Assembly: GCF_000973505.1 (NCBI RefSeq) | Contig: NZ_CP010048.1 | Location: 420,001 to 452,000 of the forward strand | Source: Candidatus Saccharimonadota bacterium | GTDB lineage: Bacteria; Pseudomonadota; Gammaproteobacteria; Enterobacterales; Enterobacteriaceae | Length of the DNA: 32,000 bases | Reading direction: 5' to 3' | The notes under the pieces: model-generated | Seen by the model: only the letters and a program-made list of their open reading frames with translations | Databases searched by the model: none | Told to the model about the DNA's origin: nothing | In this document: one piece after another, positions 8,362-20,383 of the stretch | How positions within the stretch are numbered: the first letter of the stretch is position 1 | Layout: the number at the start of each line of letters is the position of its first letter | Translations under genes and position numbers: made by a program

Positions 8362-9129
8362 TTATTTTTCTAAAAATTCGTTCACCTGATTTAATTCCTC
8401 AGGAGTATCTACATTAATATAAATTCCATTATTATTAATTACCGAAACATATATTTTTTCACCATACCATAATATTCGAAGTTGCTCTAAAGATTCAATT
8501 TTTTCCAAAGAGGTAATTTTCCAATTAACATAACGATGAATAAAACTCACACGATAAGCATAAACTCCAATATGACGCAAAAAAATATTATCAACATATT
8601 GATTCTCATTAACAAATAAAGAATAATTTTTGCACCAGGGGATCAAAGAACGAGAAAAATATAAAGCATGATTTTTTATATTTACTACTACTTTTACCAC
8701 ATTACTATTATACAATTCTTCTAAAGAAACTATTCGAGCAGCTAACGTCGAAACACTAATATCATTCATAGTTAACAAATTATTTGCTACTTGATTCAAC
8801 ATATCTGATGATATTAATGGTTCATCACACTGAAGATTTATAATTATTTGATTATCCGAAAACTGATACTTCTTAACAACTTCCTCTAATCGTTCTGTAC
8901 CTGATTGATGATCTGTACTCGTTAATATAACCTCTGCAAGAGTTTTTTCTTTTTTAATTATATTCAGTATACCAATATGATCGGTAGCAATAATTACTTG
9001 TTCAGCATGAGACATTAATGCAATTTTCATAACACGTACAATCATCGGTTTCCCTTGAATAGTGGCTAACGGTTTACCAGGAAATCGACTAGAAGAAAAT
9101 CGAGCGGGTATAATAACAACGAAACTCAT
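8362..9129 (-). CDS. kdsB: 3-deoxy-manno-octulosonate cytidylyltransferase (CMP-Kdo synthetase)
   Basis: The N-terminus [21 protein letters not shown] matches E. coli KdsB [54 protein letters not shown].RYVNW and LEQLR.LWYGEKI are also present. The start overlaps the ycaR stop by 4 nt (ATGA). Confidence 0.96.
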   Translation of the reverse strand: [255 protein letters not shown]

Positions 9130-9311
9130 CTTTTTATCTTATCATTAAAAAAAAAATTCCTAGATCTATCTTTTAACAATATTGGAATACCATGTAAAAT
9201 AGGAAAAGATATTTGATCAAATCTACAAATTAATTTCCACTGTGATTTTAAAAAATATAAAGATCTATAACATATCGGACAAACAAGAATTCTCAATAAT
9301 TTATTATCCAT
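9126..9311 (-). CDS. ycaR: Trm112-like small zinc-ribbon protein YcaR (UPF0434)
   Basis: MDNKLLRILVCPIC...LIC..D...FP...GIP.LL resembles E. coli YcaR ([35 protein letters not shown]). It holds the conserved position between lpxK and kdsB. Confidence 0.82.
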   Translation of the reverse strand: MDNKLLRILVCPICYRSLYFLKSQWKLICRFDQISFPILHGIPILLKDRSRNFFFNDKIKR

Positions 9312-9420
9312 GATAACCTCATTATTAATATAAATTTTCCTTCATTGCATGAGTTTATAAAAACAACAACCACTTCAAAGAACAAACAATTTATTTCTTT
9401 TTAATACATATTTTTTTAAA

Positions 9421-10443
9421 TTATATATGATTATTAAAAATATGTTTTTTATACTTTAAAATATTTTTTTCAATTGGTCTTATTAATAATTTTTTTGATT
9501 GTTGAGATAAAACTGCTTCCACTTCCAAATACCACCAATTATCATGAGCAAATAAACAACATTTAACTGCATCTTTTTCAGTCATCAATAATAATTCATG
9601 TTTTTCAGCTACCCTATCTAAAACATTTTCAGAATATATTTGGTGATCTGAAAATGATACCTCTTTAATTGGAATAACACCATACATATGTAATGTAGAA
9701 AAAAATTGAGATGGATGTGCAATCCCAGCCATTGCAACCACATCAGACAATATAGTATTAAGTAATCGTCGTTCTTTAGTTAATATATTAACAATTGCAA
9801 CTGGAATTACCCTCATAGATATTTCACTTGGCATCACATGATTACCAGAAAAAATTACTTGCTGTACAGTATTCAACCTGTTAAGCTTTTCGCGCATAGG
9901 TCCAGCCGGCAACAAACAGCCATTTCCAAAACGGTACTCACTATTAACAACAACCCATTCAATATCCCTTGCTAAAGAATAATGCTGCAAACCATCATCA
10001 GATATTATAATATCTAATAGTGGATAAGTTTTTAATAATTTAGCTACTGCATCTGTTCGACAAGGCGATACGGCCACTGGAACATTCGTACGTTGCCAAA
10101 TAAGTATCGGCTCATCACCACATTCATCAGTATTACTATTTTTATCTAAAATAATCGGATAACGTTGAGAACGTCCTCCATAACCTCTTGAAACTACACC
10201 AACATTCCATCCTCGATGTTTCAATTGTCGCACTAACCATAACACCATAGGTGTCTTCCCATTACCACCAATTGTCAAATTGCCTATAACTACAACAGAT
10301 AGTGGAAAACGATACACTTTAAATATGCCATATTTAAAACTAAGCCTAATAATATAACTAACAAAACCATACAACCAAGAAAACGGCAACAATAACAAAT
10401 AATATGGGAAAATATTATTAAACCAAATATGCCTAATAAACAT
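9421..10443 (-). CDS. lpxK: Tetraacyldisaccharide 4'-kinase (lipid A biosynthesis)
   Basis: Carries the P-loop VVIGNLTIGGNGKTP plus VVSRGYGG, GDEP and ISDDGLQH. Its ATG overlaps the msbA TAA stop by 1 nt, and the msbA-lpxK order is conserved. Confidence 0.93.
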   Translation of the reverse strand: MFIRHIWFNNIFPYYLLLLPFSWLYGFVSYIIRLSFKYGIFKVYRFPLSVVVIGNLTIGGNGKTPMVLWLVRQLKHRGWNVGVVSRGYGGRSQRYPIILDKNSNTDECGDEPILIWQRTNVPVAVSPCRTDAVAKLLKTYPLLDIIISDDGLQHYSLARDIEWVVVNSEYRFGNGCLLPAGPMREKLNRLNTVQQVIFSGNHVMPSEISMRVIPVAIVNILTKERRLLNTILSDVVAMAGIAHPSQFFSTLHMYGVIPIKEVSFSDHQIYSENVLDRVAEKHELLLMTEKDAVKCCLFAHDNWWYLEVEAVLSQQSKKLLIRPIEKNILKYKKHIFNNHI

Positions 10444-12191
10444 TATGAAAACTGTAATTGATATAATTGAGAGTATATTCCTTGACGACTAATAAGTGTT
10501 TGATGAATTCCCCGATCAATAATTCGACCATTGTCTATTACCAAAATTTCATCAGCTCTTTCTACAGTTGACAAACGATGAGCGATTACCAACGATGATC
10601 GATTCCTTCTTAATGTCTCTAATGCTTTTTGAATCATCCATTCAGACTCAAGATCTAAAGCCGAAGTAGCTTCATCAAGAATTAAAATAGAACAATCACG
10701 AAGCAAAGCACGAGCAATAGCAATGCTTTGTCTTTGTCCACCAGATAATAATACTCCATTTTCTCCAATTATGGTATCTAAACCATACTTCATTTTTCCG
10801 ATAAAACTCATTGCACATGCCATATTTGCAGCAGTCTCAATTTCCTCCCTGGAATATACGCCACTAGTAGCATAAGCAATATTATTAGCAATAGTATCAT
10901 TGAATAAATGAATATTTTGCGATACTAAAGCAATTTGACTACGTAAAGAAGACAACTTGTATTTACTAAGACTCACCCCATCAAGTAATATCTCACCATC
11001 GTGAACATTGTAAAATCGAGTCAATAAATTAGCAATAGTTGTTTTTCCGGATCCAGAACGACCCACTAACGCTATAGTCTTTCCAGCAGGAATAGTAAAA
11101 TTAACATTATATAACGTTGGGGTATCTTTACCAGGATAAAAAAACGTAACATTATTGAACATAATACTATGAGCAATATTTTTTACTTCTAATGTACCAT
11201 CATCTTTTTCTGCTTCCATATCTAAAATAGCAAAAAGAGCCTGACAGGCCGCCATACCTCTTTGAAATTGGGCATTGACATTAGTTAATGATTTTAATGG
11301 TTTCATTAAAACTATCATAGAAGAAAAAATAACAGTTACAATACCTGCAGTTAATGTTTCCATAATACTAGGAATACTAGCCGCATACAATACTGTTGCC
11401 AATGCCAAAGAAGCAATAAATTGAATTAAAGGATCAGAAGCTGATACAGCAGCCACCATTTTCATCCCTTGTTGACGCATACGATTACTAATATAACGAA
11501 AATTTTTATTTTCAATAGACTGCGCGCCAAAAATCAATATTTCCTTATGTCCTTTAAGCATTTGTTCTGCGCTACTAGTCACTTGCCCCATAGCATTTTG
11601 CACTTTTTCACTAATTTGACGAAAACGATTAGATACCAAATAAATAGTCAATGAAACAATTGGAGCAATTGCTATTAAAATCAACGATAATTGCCAACTA
11701 TAATAAAACATCATACTACATAAACCTATAATAGAAGCACCTTCGCGAACAACAGTAATTAACGCACCAGAAGACGATGATGCTACCTGCTCAGAATCAT
11801 AAGTAATACGAGATAACAATTTTCCAACAGGCTGATTACCAAAAAATGATACTGGCATACTCATCATATGTTGAAACAATTGGCGACGCATTTGCATAAC
11901 TACTTTTCCAGAAACCCAAGATATACAATAATTAGAAATAAATCCACTGCAACCTCGTAATCCCATTAAACAAACAACTACTAATGGCATCCAAACAAAA
12001 ATCTCTTTGTTTGCTTTTCCAAAACCATCATCCAGCAATGGTCTTAATAAAGCCAACATAAGCGCATCACTAATAGCATTAATTATTAAAGTAATCGAAG
12101 AAATAATCAAGCCAATTTTGTAAGGAGATATCATCGGCCAAAGACGACAAAAAGTCCGCCATGTAGACAAATCATTAATAGATTTAGACAT
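10443..12191 (-). CDS. msbA: Lipid A/LPS flippase, ABC transporter MsbA
   Basis: Has an N-terminal 6-TM domain followed by Walker [13 protein letters not shown] signature LSGGQRQ and Walker [13 protein letters not shown]. It is highly similar to E. coli MsbA across its 582 aa. Confidence 0.96.
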   Translation of the reverse strand: MSKSINDLSTWRTFCRLWPMISPYKIGLIISSITLIINAISDALMLALLRPLLDDGFGKANKEIFVWMPLVVVCLMGLRGCSGFISNYCISWVSGKVVMQMRRQLFQHMMSMPVSFFGNQPVGKLLSRITYDSEQVASSSSGALITVVREGASIIGLCSMMFYYSWQLSLILIAIAPIVSLTIYLVSNRFRQISEKVQNAMGQVTSSAEQMLKGHKEILIFGAQSIENKNFRYISNRMRQQGMKMVAAVSASDPLIQFIASLALATVLYAASIPSIMETLTAGIVTVIFSSMIVLMKPLKSLTNVNAQFQRGMAACQALFAILDMEAEKDDGTLEVKNIAHSIMFNNVTFFYPGKDTPTLYNVNFTIPAGKTIALVGRSGSGKTTIANLLTRFYNVHDGEILLDGVSLSKYKLSSLRSQIALVSQNIHLFNDTIANNIAYATSGVYSREEIETAANMACAMSFIGKMKYGLDTIIGENGVLLSGGQRQSIAIARALLRDCSILILDEATSALDLESEWMIQKALETLRRNRSSLVIAHRLSTVERADEILVIDNGRIIDRGIHQTLISRQGIYSQLYQLQFS

Positions 12192-12301
12192 TCATTTTCC
12201 TAATGAAAATAATTTTTCCCAGCAAAAAAATAACATAACACATAACTTAACATTAATACACTCATTGTTATATTGAAAAAAATGAGAAACTCAATACTAC
12301 A

Positions 12302-13990
12302 TCATGAATCAGTTTTAGTGGCCGCCTTAAAAGCTTCTGTCATTACATTCGAAAAATTTTGCTTCACATCTTTTGATTGCTTACTTGCATTAGGGGAATT
12401 AATAATTTTAGAATTAGTATTATCAAAATCATTAATTACAAAAGGAATACTTAAATTGATCATACGACTCTTACGATCTATACCATTACATTTAACCTCA
12501 ATATTATCTCCAATATTATATGTTTTTTCATTTTGTTTATCAACATCAGAAAATAACACATACCCTACAATCATATCTGTCAACTTAACCGACATACCTT
12601 TTGTGTTAATTGATAATATTGTTCCAGTAACAACTTTCTTTTTTTGATTCAATGATAAATATATATTTAATGGATCTTCTTCTAAATGTTTTATACTCAA
12701 AGAAATACGTTCACGTTCTGCATCTACTTGCAGTATTACAGCTGCAACTTCATCTCCCTTTTTATACTTTTGCATTATTTCCTCAATACTTAAATGCCAA
12801 GAAATATCAGAAAGATGTACTAAACCATCAATTCCGCCCTCTAAACCAATAAAAATACCAAAATCAGTAATCGATTTAATTTTTCCTATAACACTATCTC
12901 CCTTGTTATAAGTCTCCAAAAACTGTTCCCATGGATTTACTGTACATTGTTTTAATCCTAATGAAATACGACGACGAGATTCATCAATATCTAATAACAT
13001 CACTTCAATGAATTCACCTACATTAACTACTTTAGAAGGATGAATATTTTTACTAGTCCAATCCATTTCAGAAATATGAACTAATCCCTCAATACCTCCC
13101 TCCATCTCTACAAAACAACCATAATCAGTCAGATTAGTCACTTTACCTGTCAAGCGCATACCCTCATGATACCGTTTTGTGATAGCAGTCCATGGATCTT
13201 CTTCAAGTTGTTTTAACCCTAAAGAGACACGATTTTTTTCTCGATCAAATTTTAATACTTTTACAATAATCTCATCACCAATACCAACTACCTCACTTGG
13301 ATGTCTAATCCGTTTCCATGCTATATCAGTAATATGCAATAAACCATCAACACCACCTAAATCAATAAATGCACCGTAATCAGTCAAATTTTTAACAATA
13401 CCCTTAATTTGCATACCCTCGTGTAACTGCTCTAATAATTGATTACGTTCTGAAATATTTTCTGATTCAAGTACTGCACGACGAGAAACAACAACATTAT
13501 TACGTTTTTGGTCTAATTTAATTACCTTAAATTCAAACTCCTTCCCCTCTAAATTCATATTTTCACGAATTGGGCGAATATCGACCAAGGAACCAGGAAG
13601 AAAAGCTTTAATACCATTTAATTCCACCGTAAATCCACCTTTAACTCTACCATTAATAATACCAACAACTGTAGATACTTCTTCATATGCTTTTTCTAAT
13701 ATTAACCAAGATTCATAACGTTTCGCTTTTTCACGCGATAATATTGTTTCACCAAATCCATCTTCCACAGCATCTAAAGTAACATCAACTTGATCTCCAA
13801 CTTTGATTTCTAAAACACCTTGAGAATTATAAAATTGTTCAATAGGAATAGGAGATTCTGATTTCAAACCAGCATCAACTAGCACTATATCATTTTGAAT
13901 AGAAATTATAGTCCCACGAATAATAGAACCTGGAGAAGTTTTTATCCTTTTAAAGGATTCTTCGAGCAATTGAATAAAGGACTCTGTCAT
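12302..13990 (-). CDS. rpsA: 30S ribosomal protein S1
   Basis: MTESF.QL.EES...I...PGSI..G.... is followed by six S1 repeats (e.g. [56 protein letters not shown]). The C-terminus FSN..M.EAFKAA matches E. coli S1. Confidence 0.97.
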   Translation of the reverse strand: MTESFIQLLEESFKRIKTSPGSIIRGTIISIQNDIVLVDAGLKSESPIPIEQFYNSQGVLEIKVGDQVDVTLDAVEDGFGETILSREKAKRYESWLILEKAYEEVSTVVGIINGRVKGGFTVELNGIKAFLPGSLVDIRPIRENMNLEGKEFEFKVIKLDQKRNNVVVSRRAVLESENISERNQLLEQLHEGMQIKGIVKNLTDYGAFIDLGGVDGLLHITDIAWKRIRHPSEVVGIGDEIIVKVLKFDREKNRVSLGLKQLEEDPWTAITKRYHEGMRLTGKVTNLTDYGCFVEMEGGIEGLVHISEMDWTSKNIHPSKVVNVGEFIEVMLLDIDESRRRISLGLKQCTVNPWEQFLETYNKGDSVIGKIKSITDFGIFIGLEGGIDGLVHLSDISWHLSIEEIMQKYKKGDEVAAVILQVDAERERISLSIKHLEEDPLNIYLSLNQKKKVVTGTILSINTKGMSVKLTDMIVGYVLFSDVDKQNEKTYNIGDNIEVKCNGIDRKSRMINLSIPFVINDFDNTNSKIINSPNASKQSKDVKQNFSNVMTEAFKAATKTDS

Positions 13991-14377
13991 AATCGATTAT
14001 CTTTAAATTTTAAAATTATTATCCACATACCACGTTCCATGTTATACACTAGGATAACTAAAATAGACACTCACCATCCAAATATGAGCTATTAAATATA
14101 ATTATAGTATATAATCCTACTACTTTATCATCATTCACCTATTCCTAACACACTAAATGAATAGTGACACAAAATCATCGAATAATCAACAAATATGAAA
14201 TGCCGTAAAACATAAACTTATTTAACTTATTTTAAACAATACACACTTAAGATAATAACATTCGTAAAATTATTAACAATTATAAAACAAAAGTTAAAAA
14301 CTATAAACAATTCCATCTTTAGTATATCAACACTATTGCATCAACTGCACAAATATAAAATAAATTATATATAATTT

Positions 14378-14502
14378 CTGCTAATCAGGGTGGAGCTATC
14401 CAGAATAACAATAATTACTCATGCCCTTAATTTTTACCACGGGTCGATCTCAACTGGCATTAAAAGTTTTCTTTGCACTCGATCTGACCTATATGCACAG
14501 CG
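14378..14502 (-). pseudogene. cmk: Cytidylate kinase (cmk) remnant with in-frame stops
   Basis: The minus-strand reading is RCAYRSDRVQRKLLMPVEIDPW*KLRA*VIIVILDSSTLIS. The end, VILDSSTLIS, resembles the E. coli Cmk C-terminal motif ALVLDSTTLSI, preceded by an RD..R...PL-like stretch. In-frame TAA (14434-14436) and TGA (14419-14421) are present. The site is exactly where cmk sits in E. coli (between aroA and rpsA), and it is a locally GC-richer patch in an otherwise ORF-free 950-bp spacer. Confidence 0.5.
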
Positions 14503-14941
14503 AATTTTAAATAATTTACTAAAACATAATTTAAAAAATCAAATAAAAAAACACCTGTAATTCAAAAATTGCACAATAATTTATTTAGTCAAACAACACA
14601 TTTCTCTGGAATAAAAATAACGTTTAAAATCGATAATTTCGATACAAATCAAATGATCGCTTTTTTATCATTAAAATAAAACATCACTCCTTAATAACAT
14701 TAAAGTATAAAACGATTTCATTAAATATTCCACACAACAAGAATTAATATATTATAGAATATAACTTTCAAAATTCTAAATTAAAAAAAACGATAATTAA
14801 CCTTATTAAATATTCTCATTATTAATTAATATACCAACTACGTTATAACAAGTCCTTATCTTTACATGATTTACTTATTATAATATTATAACTCAAATTA
14901 AAAACCACCAACTGTTAACACATGTAACACATTTTAATAAT

Positions 14942-16246
14942 TCACACAAATGTACTGATTGCAAAAAAATCTTTGAAAAAAGATGGAAATGTTTTATTAA
15001 CACATGACGGATTCAAAATAATAACGGAACTATCAGATAACGCTGCTAAAGAAAAAGCCATAGCCATACGATGATCATTATATGTGTTAATTGTCGCAAA
15101 TCGGATTTTTTTTGGCGCAACTATCTTAATATAATCTTCACCTTCAATAATACTCGCTCCTAATTTACGTAATTCTATTGCCATGCCTCTTAATCGATCA
15201 GATTCTTTTAATCTCCAATTATAAATATTACGCAGTACAGTAGGCAAATCATCATTAACAAACAATGCTGTAACAGCAATCGTCATAGCTGCATCTGGAA
15301 TATTATTCATATCCATGTCAACAGAACGTAAAACATTTCTTGTACATGAAATATAATTATCTCCCCAACAAATAACACTACCCATTTTTTCTAAAACATC
15401 AGCACATTGTATATCTCCTTGTATACTATGTCGTCCAACACCAGTAACACAAACAGTTCCGCCACGAATAGCAGCTGCAGCTAAGAAATATGATGCACTG
15501 GATGCATCACCTTCGATGAAATAATTGCCAGGTGCTCGATAAAATACACCACCGAAACAATAAAACACCCGATAATCATCATGTTTTATTTCAACACCAA
15601 AAGCCCTCATTAGAGACAATGTAATATCAATATAAGGTCTAGAAACTAAAACTCCATCAACATGAACACGAGTGTCTTGAGGAATAAGAGGAGCCATCAT
15701 TAATATTGCAGAAAGAAACTGACTAGAAATATTTCCACGAATCGTAATATCACCTCCAGAATACCCCCCGGAAATTTGTAAAGGTGGATAACCATCACTT
15801 TCTAAATAATCAATTTTGGCACCACCTTGACGTAAAGCACTTATTAAATGTCCAATAGGACGTTCCTTCATTCGTGATTCACCGGTAAGCATTACATTAT
15901 GTTCTCTCAAACACAATGCAGCAGTTAACAATCGCATACTGGTGCCAGAATTACCAAGAAACAAACTTAATTTTTCATTCTTCGAGTATAATGCACCACC
16001 AATTCCATCAACTTCACATATTTTTTTATTTTGTGAAAAGCGAAAATGTACACCAAGTTGCTTTAAAGCAAATAGCATATAATTTACATCATCACTTTCT
16101 AATAAATTAATTAATCGTGTTGTACCAACTGATTGAGCAGATAACAATAAGGCTCGATTTGAAATACTTTTTGATCCAGGTAAATCAATACAACCATCTA
16201 CTGATTTGATAGATTTTAATTCCATAGCACCCTGTGTACTTAACAT
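14942..16246 (-). CDS. aroA: 3-phosphoshikimate 1-carboxyvinyltransferase (EPSP synthase)
   Basis: [87 protein letters not shown] and [15 protein letters not shown] are collinear with E. coli AroA. AGGAG lies 4 nt upstream of ATG 16246. Confidence 0.96.
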   Translation of the reverse strand: MLSTQGAMELKSIKSVDGCIDLPGSKSISNRALLLSAQSVGTTRLINLLESDDVNYMLFALKQLGVHFRFSQNKKICEVDGIGGALYSKNEKLSLFLGNSGTSMRLLTAALCLREHNVMLTGESRMKERPIGHLISALRQGGAKIDYLESDGYPPLQISGGYSGGDITIRGNISSQFLSAILMMAPLIPQDTRVHVDGVLVSRPYIDITLSLMRAFGVEIKHDDYRVFYCFGGVFYRAPGNYFIEGDASSASYFLAAAAIRGGTVCVTGVGRHSIQGDIQCADVLEKMGSVICWGDNYISCTRNVLRSVDMDMNNIPDAAMTIAVTALFVNDDLPTVLRNIYNWRLKESDRLRGMAIELRKLGASIIEGEDYIKIVAPKKIRFATINTYNDHRMAMAFSLAALSDSSVIILNPSCVNKTFPSFFKDFFAISTFV

Positions 16247-16516
16247 AAAACTCCTAAAAATCGACTTTTAATCAAAATATTTTAAAATTTCTCATTACTT
16301 CAATTCAAAAAAATAAATTATTCAACTTTCAAAATAACCATATTTTAAAACTGATACTAAAAACTGACACTAAATAATATATACAAAAAATTTTTTAAAA
16401 TATCTTAATATTTTTGTTAAAACACAACTAAAATACACAAAATCATTATACTCATAAAAATAAATACTACATTAATAAAGAAATTATCTTATATAACTAA
16501 ATTACAACTAAATGAT

Positions 16517-17608
16517 TTATCCATATTTTTTAGCAAACCATTCCATAAACTCAACCAACATTTCCACTCCTTGTAATGGCATCGAATTATACAATGATGC
16601 TCTCATTCCACCTACTGATCTATGACCCTTTAGAGCATACAATCCAACATAATTAGATTCTTGTAAAAAAATATCATTTAATTTTTCATCGTGTAAATAA
16701 AAAGGAACATTCATATATGATCGATTCATCTGTGCAATATTATTATAATAATAATCGCTACTATCAATAGCTTCATAAAGTAAATTTGCTTTCTCTATAT
16801 TTCGCAAACTCATTGCTATTAACCCTCCATGCCTCTTAATCCACTTAAAAATTAATCCTGCAACATACCACGAAAAAGTTGGAGGAGTGTTAAACATAGA
16901 TTTATAATTATTAAGAATACTATATTGTAATGTTGATGGCACTTGATGACATTCACGATTTAACAAATCTTCACGAATAATTACAATCGTTAAACCGGGT
17001 AATCCAATATTTTTTTGGGCAGCAGCATAAATCATACCAAAACAATTAACATTAATCGGTGCCGACAACAATGTAGAAGAAAAATCTCCAACAACGACAA
17101 CACTATCATTAAATTCAGGTTGTTCATGAATAGCTACACCATCAATAGTTTCATTAGGGCAATAATGTAAATAAGCACTATTGCTAGATAATGGCCAATC
17201 CTTCATATTCTTTACAGAACATACATGATTCTCATCCAAAATGCTGACATTAATTAAATTTACTTTACAATATTTTTCAGCTTCCTGTGCAGCACTTCGT
17301 GACCAATAACCACTATTAATGTAATCAGTAACATGAAATCCCCCCAATAAATTCATTGGAACAGATGAAAATTGTGTGCGAGCACCACCATGACAAAATA
17401 ATACCTTATAAACATTAGGTATATTTAATAACTCTCGTAAATCATGTTCTGAATTGTAAACTATCTCATGAAATTCGTCACTACGATGACTAATTTCCAT
17501 AACAGACACATTCAAATTATGCCAATTTTTTAATTCCGCGTCTATTTGATCTAAAACTTCTCTTGGTAACATTGCCGGACCGGCACTAAAATTAAATATG
17601 TCATTCAT
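16517..17608 (-). CDS. serC: Phosphoserine aminotransferase
   Basis: FNFSAGPAMLP.EVL, ...SHRS.EF, GGAR.QF...PMNL and GG.R.S.YN.MP..GV..L..FM..F... are collinear with E. coli SerC. It lies upstream of aroA as in the serC-aroA operon. Confidence 0.95.
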   Translation of the reverse strand: MNDIFNFSAGPAMLPREVLDQIDAELKNWHNLNVSVMEISHRSDEFHEIVYNSEHDLRELLNIPNVYKVLFCHGGARTQFSSVPMNLLGGFHVTDYINSGYWSRSAAQEAEKYCKVNLINVSILDENHVCSVKNMKDWPLSSNSAYLHYCPNETIDGVAIHEQPEFNDSVVVVGDFSSTLLSAPINVNCFGMIYAAAQKNIGLPGLTIVIIREDLLNRECHQVPSTLQYSILNNYKSMFNTPPTFSWYVAGLIFKWIKRHGGLIAMSLRNIEKANLLYEAIDSSDYYYNNIAQMNRSYMNVPFYLHDEKLNDIFLQESNYVGLYALKGHRSVGGMRASLYNSMPLQGVEMLVEFMEWFAKKYG

Positions 17609-17890
17609 AACTTATATAGTATTGTAATACTTAGTAAAAGTAACAACTTTTTTAAACAAAAACACTACGATAATTAAAGTATTATATATCTATTATGATA
17701 AAAATATTTTAAGCCAATATGTCAACTCGAATTCATAATTATAACTATAATTTACATTTTAAACACGAACATAAAATATGATATTCTAAATGATACATAA
17801 CTACAACATAATAACACTATTTTAAAAACAAAAATACATAATTCAATTCATATATATTGTGAAATACACAAAAAAACAAACATAACACTA

Positions 17891-17922
17891 CTCTTTAAAA
17901 TATAAACTCTTTAAAATATAAA
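17891..17922. repeat. Perfect 16-bp tandem duplication (ctctttaaaatataaa x2)
   Basis: Read directly: 17891-17906 is identical to 17907-17922, in the serC-serS spacer. Confidence 0.9.
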
Positions 17923-17969
17923 AATATAACTCGTAATCAAATAATACATAACAAACATTTTCCATTCAA

Positions 17970-19289
17970 CTATAATATATATTGCTGTTTGCGCAAAGGA
18001 TAAATACAAGTTAAACCATTCATATATGATTGTAAAACAGATGGTACTTCAACACTACCATCCAACAACTGATAATTTTCCAATACTGCCGCTAAAGTAC
18101 GACCAATCGCTAATCCAGACGCATTTAAAGTATGCAAAAATTTTATCTTTTTATCTTGAAAATTACGATAACGAGCATGGATACGACGAGATTGAAAATC
18201 ACATACATTTGAACAAGAAGCCACTTCACAATATTCATTCCGGGAGGGCAACCAAACATCTAAATCATATGTTTTACAAGCTGAAAAACCAATATTGCCA
18301 GCAGCTAATAACATTTTTCGATACGGTAACTTCAATGACCGTAATACTCGTTCTGCATGGCCAGTCATTTCCTCTAATACTTGCATCGAATTTTCTTGCT
18401 GAACTATCTGTACTAATTCAACTTTATCAAATTGATGCATACGAATTAATCCCCGACTTTCGTGACCATACGTACCCGCTTCTGCACGAAAACAAGGAGT
18501 ATGCGCCACCATCTTAAGAGGCAAATCTTGTTCCTCAAAAATTTGACCACCTACTAAATTTATTAACGGTACTTCAGCAGTCGGTATTAAGGTGTATATA
18601 TTATTTTTATTTTTCCAAGATTGTATATGAAATAAATCATTAAAAAATTTAGGCAATTGCCCTGTGCCATATAAAGAAGACTGATTAACTAAATAAGGTA
18701 CATAATACTCTTGATAACCATGGTGCCTAATATGCAAATCAAGCATAAATTGAGATAATGCTCTATGTAAATAAGCTACTTGACCACGCATTACTATAAA
18801 ACGCGCCCCAGTTATTTTCGTTCCAGATGTAAAATCCAATCCCCCTGTTATATTACCTAACTCAATATGATCACGAATTGGAAAATTATATTTTTTCGGT
18901 ACCCCCCAACGAAAAATTTCTACGTTATCTTCCTCATTGTTTCCATCCGGAATATGATCATCTGGAATATTAGGTAAAGATAAAATATATTCTTGAGATT
19001 CTTTTTGTAATAACTTAAGAGAAACTTGTATTAAATGTAAACGATCATTTAAAATATTAACTTCTTCGCAAAGATATTTTGTATCTTGTCCTTTAGATTT
19101 AGCAATACCAATTGTTTTAGATTTTAATTTTCGTACAGATCTCAAACGTTCAACCTCTACTTGTAATTTTTTTCTCTTTAACTCTCTGATACGTACATTA
19201 TTAATATCTAACACACAATTTTTACGTGATAACTTCTTCTTAAGTACAGAAAGACTATTATCCTGACGTAATAAACTAGGATCTAACAT
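17970..19289 (-). CDS. serS: Serine--tRNA ligase
   Basis: Has an N-terminal coiled-coil arm (MLDPSLLR...) and class II motifs: GARF..MRGQ.A.L.RAL..FMLD, TAEVPL.N, FR.EAG..G...RGLIR.HQF.KVE and AxGRTLAA.LENYQ. It is collinear with E. coli SerS. Confidence 0.96.
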   Translation of the reverse strand: MLDPSLLRQDNSLSVLKKKLSRKNCVLDINNVRIRELKRKKLQVEVERLRSVRKLKSKTIGIAKSKGQDTKYLCEEVNILNDRLHLIQVSLKLLQKESQEYILSLPNIPDDHIPDGNNEEDNVEIFRWGVPKKYNFPIRDHIELGNITGGLDFTSGTKITGARFIVMRGQVAYLHRALSQFMLDLHIRHHGYQEYYVPYLVNQSSLYGTGQLPKFFNDLFHIQSWKNKNNIYTLIPTAEVPLINLVGGQIFEEQDLPLKMVAHTPCFRAEAGTYGHESRGLIRMHQFDKVELVQIVQQENSMQVLEEMTGHAERVLRSLKLPYRKMLLAAGNIGFSACKTYDLDVWLPSRNEYCEVASCSNVCDFQSRRIHARYRNFQDKKIKFLHTLNASGLAIGRTLAAVLENYQLLDGSVEVPSVLQSYMNGLTCIYPLRKQQYIL

Positions 19290-19579
19290 ATGACTTTAAC
19301 TTGAAATGCTAATATATTTCACAAAGTATCATAATTAAAATATGATTACCACAATTCTTTTATAAAATATACCGTAATACATCGATTGTAAAAAAATAAT
19401 ATCAATACATAAACAGATACAAACCACAACAAATAAAAAATTAGTCATTGTTCTTAAAACTAAAAAATATTTAACACATATAATATTATGAAAGCTATCA
19501 AATGATAGCATCATAATAACATAAAAATATCACAACTTACATACAAACACGACAGTTAATAACTAATGATTATAATAAT

Positions 19580-20200
19580 TTAATATTTTCCCCAGCGCTG
19601 TTCATCAATCACTACCCCATTTGGTAGTAAAAAATTAAACGTATTTATATTAAACCGCCGAATATCATGATTAGTTAATTGATAATTAATATGCTGATCA
19701 TCTTTATTCACAATCTCAAAATTTTTTATTATACCCTGGTTAGTTACTGTAATTATTAGTGACTTAAACATAGAAAAATCACTTTTTTTTGAAACCAAAA
19801 AAAAACTATCATTCTTTTTATCAATATTATATTCACACCAATTACTATCAAAAGTACTTGTCAACAACATTAAGAATGTGTCACCTATAACATCACTTAA
19901 CCAACTAATAGTTACTTGATTAATATAAGGATCATAAAACCACAATGTTTTACCATTAGATATTAAAAAACATTCTTCTGGAATGAATACATGATAATGA
20001 AACAAATTGGGATGCTGAACCCACAATTCCCCATTATTTTCTTGTAAAATTAGGCCTGTTTGATCACTAATAGTTTGAACAAATTGAGCATAAAAACTGT
20101 TAATATGATTCAAACGAGTACGCAATTCAATTGCATTATCACCTAATGTAGGAAATATCACTGCCAAACATAAAACACAAAACACAAAAAAAATTTTCAT
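19580..20200 (-). CDS. lolA: Periplasmic lipoprotein chaperone LolA. ATG 20200 is preferred over the track's TTG 20212.
   Basis: A 20-aa signal peptide (MKIFFVFCVLCLAVIFPTLG) precedes L..RL....SF.A.F.Q...D..G...QE..G.LWV..PNLF..H, DGKTLWFY.P...Q.T..WL and YQL. It is collinear with E. coli LolA and keeps the ftsK-lolA order. Confidence 0.9.
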   Translation of the reverse strand: MKIFFVFCVLCLAVIFPTLGDNAIELRTRLNHINSFYAQFVQTISDQTGLILQENNGELWVQHPNLFHYHVFIPEECFLISNGKTLWFYDPYINQVTISWLSDVIGDTFLMLLTSTFDSNWCEYNIDKKNDSFFLVSKKSDFSMFKSLIITVTNQGIIKNFEIVNKDDQHINYQLTNHDIRRFNINTFNFLLPNGVVIDEQRWGKY

Positions 20201-20383
20201 CGCTATTTTCAAAATAATTAATCATAGTATCATAACATAATATGCAATATAATTGCATACACACAATTAATATATAAAATACATCCATGTCATTTATAAA
20301 TAATGTTTTATAAACAACAATCCTATAAATTAATTAATAACAAATTAATTAATATATGACTATAATTAAAATATACTGGTATT

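Noticed and set aside
12273-14095. Four + strand ORFs (12273-12647, 12652-12852, 13179-13379, 13895-14095) overlapping rpsA
   Set aside because: All are antisense shadows of rpsA with no motifs or SD signals.
18026-18517. A 163-aa + strand ORF inside serS
   Set aside because: It is antisense to conserved serS. The translation has no family resemblance, and long antisense frames are expected opposite codon-biased genes.
20230-20258. A dif-like sequence on the minus strand (..tgcata ttatgttatga) overlapping a 7-bp inverted repeat (atgcaat ata attgcat) between ftsK and lolA
   Set aside because: Only the XerD-arm half (TTATGTTA) and part of the spacer resemble E. coli dif, and the XerC arm matches at about 4 of 11 positions. 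There is no skew switch here, FtsK lacks its gamma domain, and such AT-rich partial matches are expected by chance.
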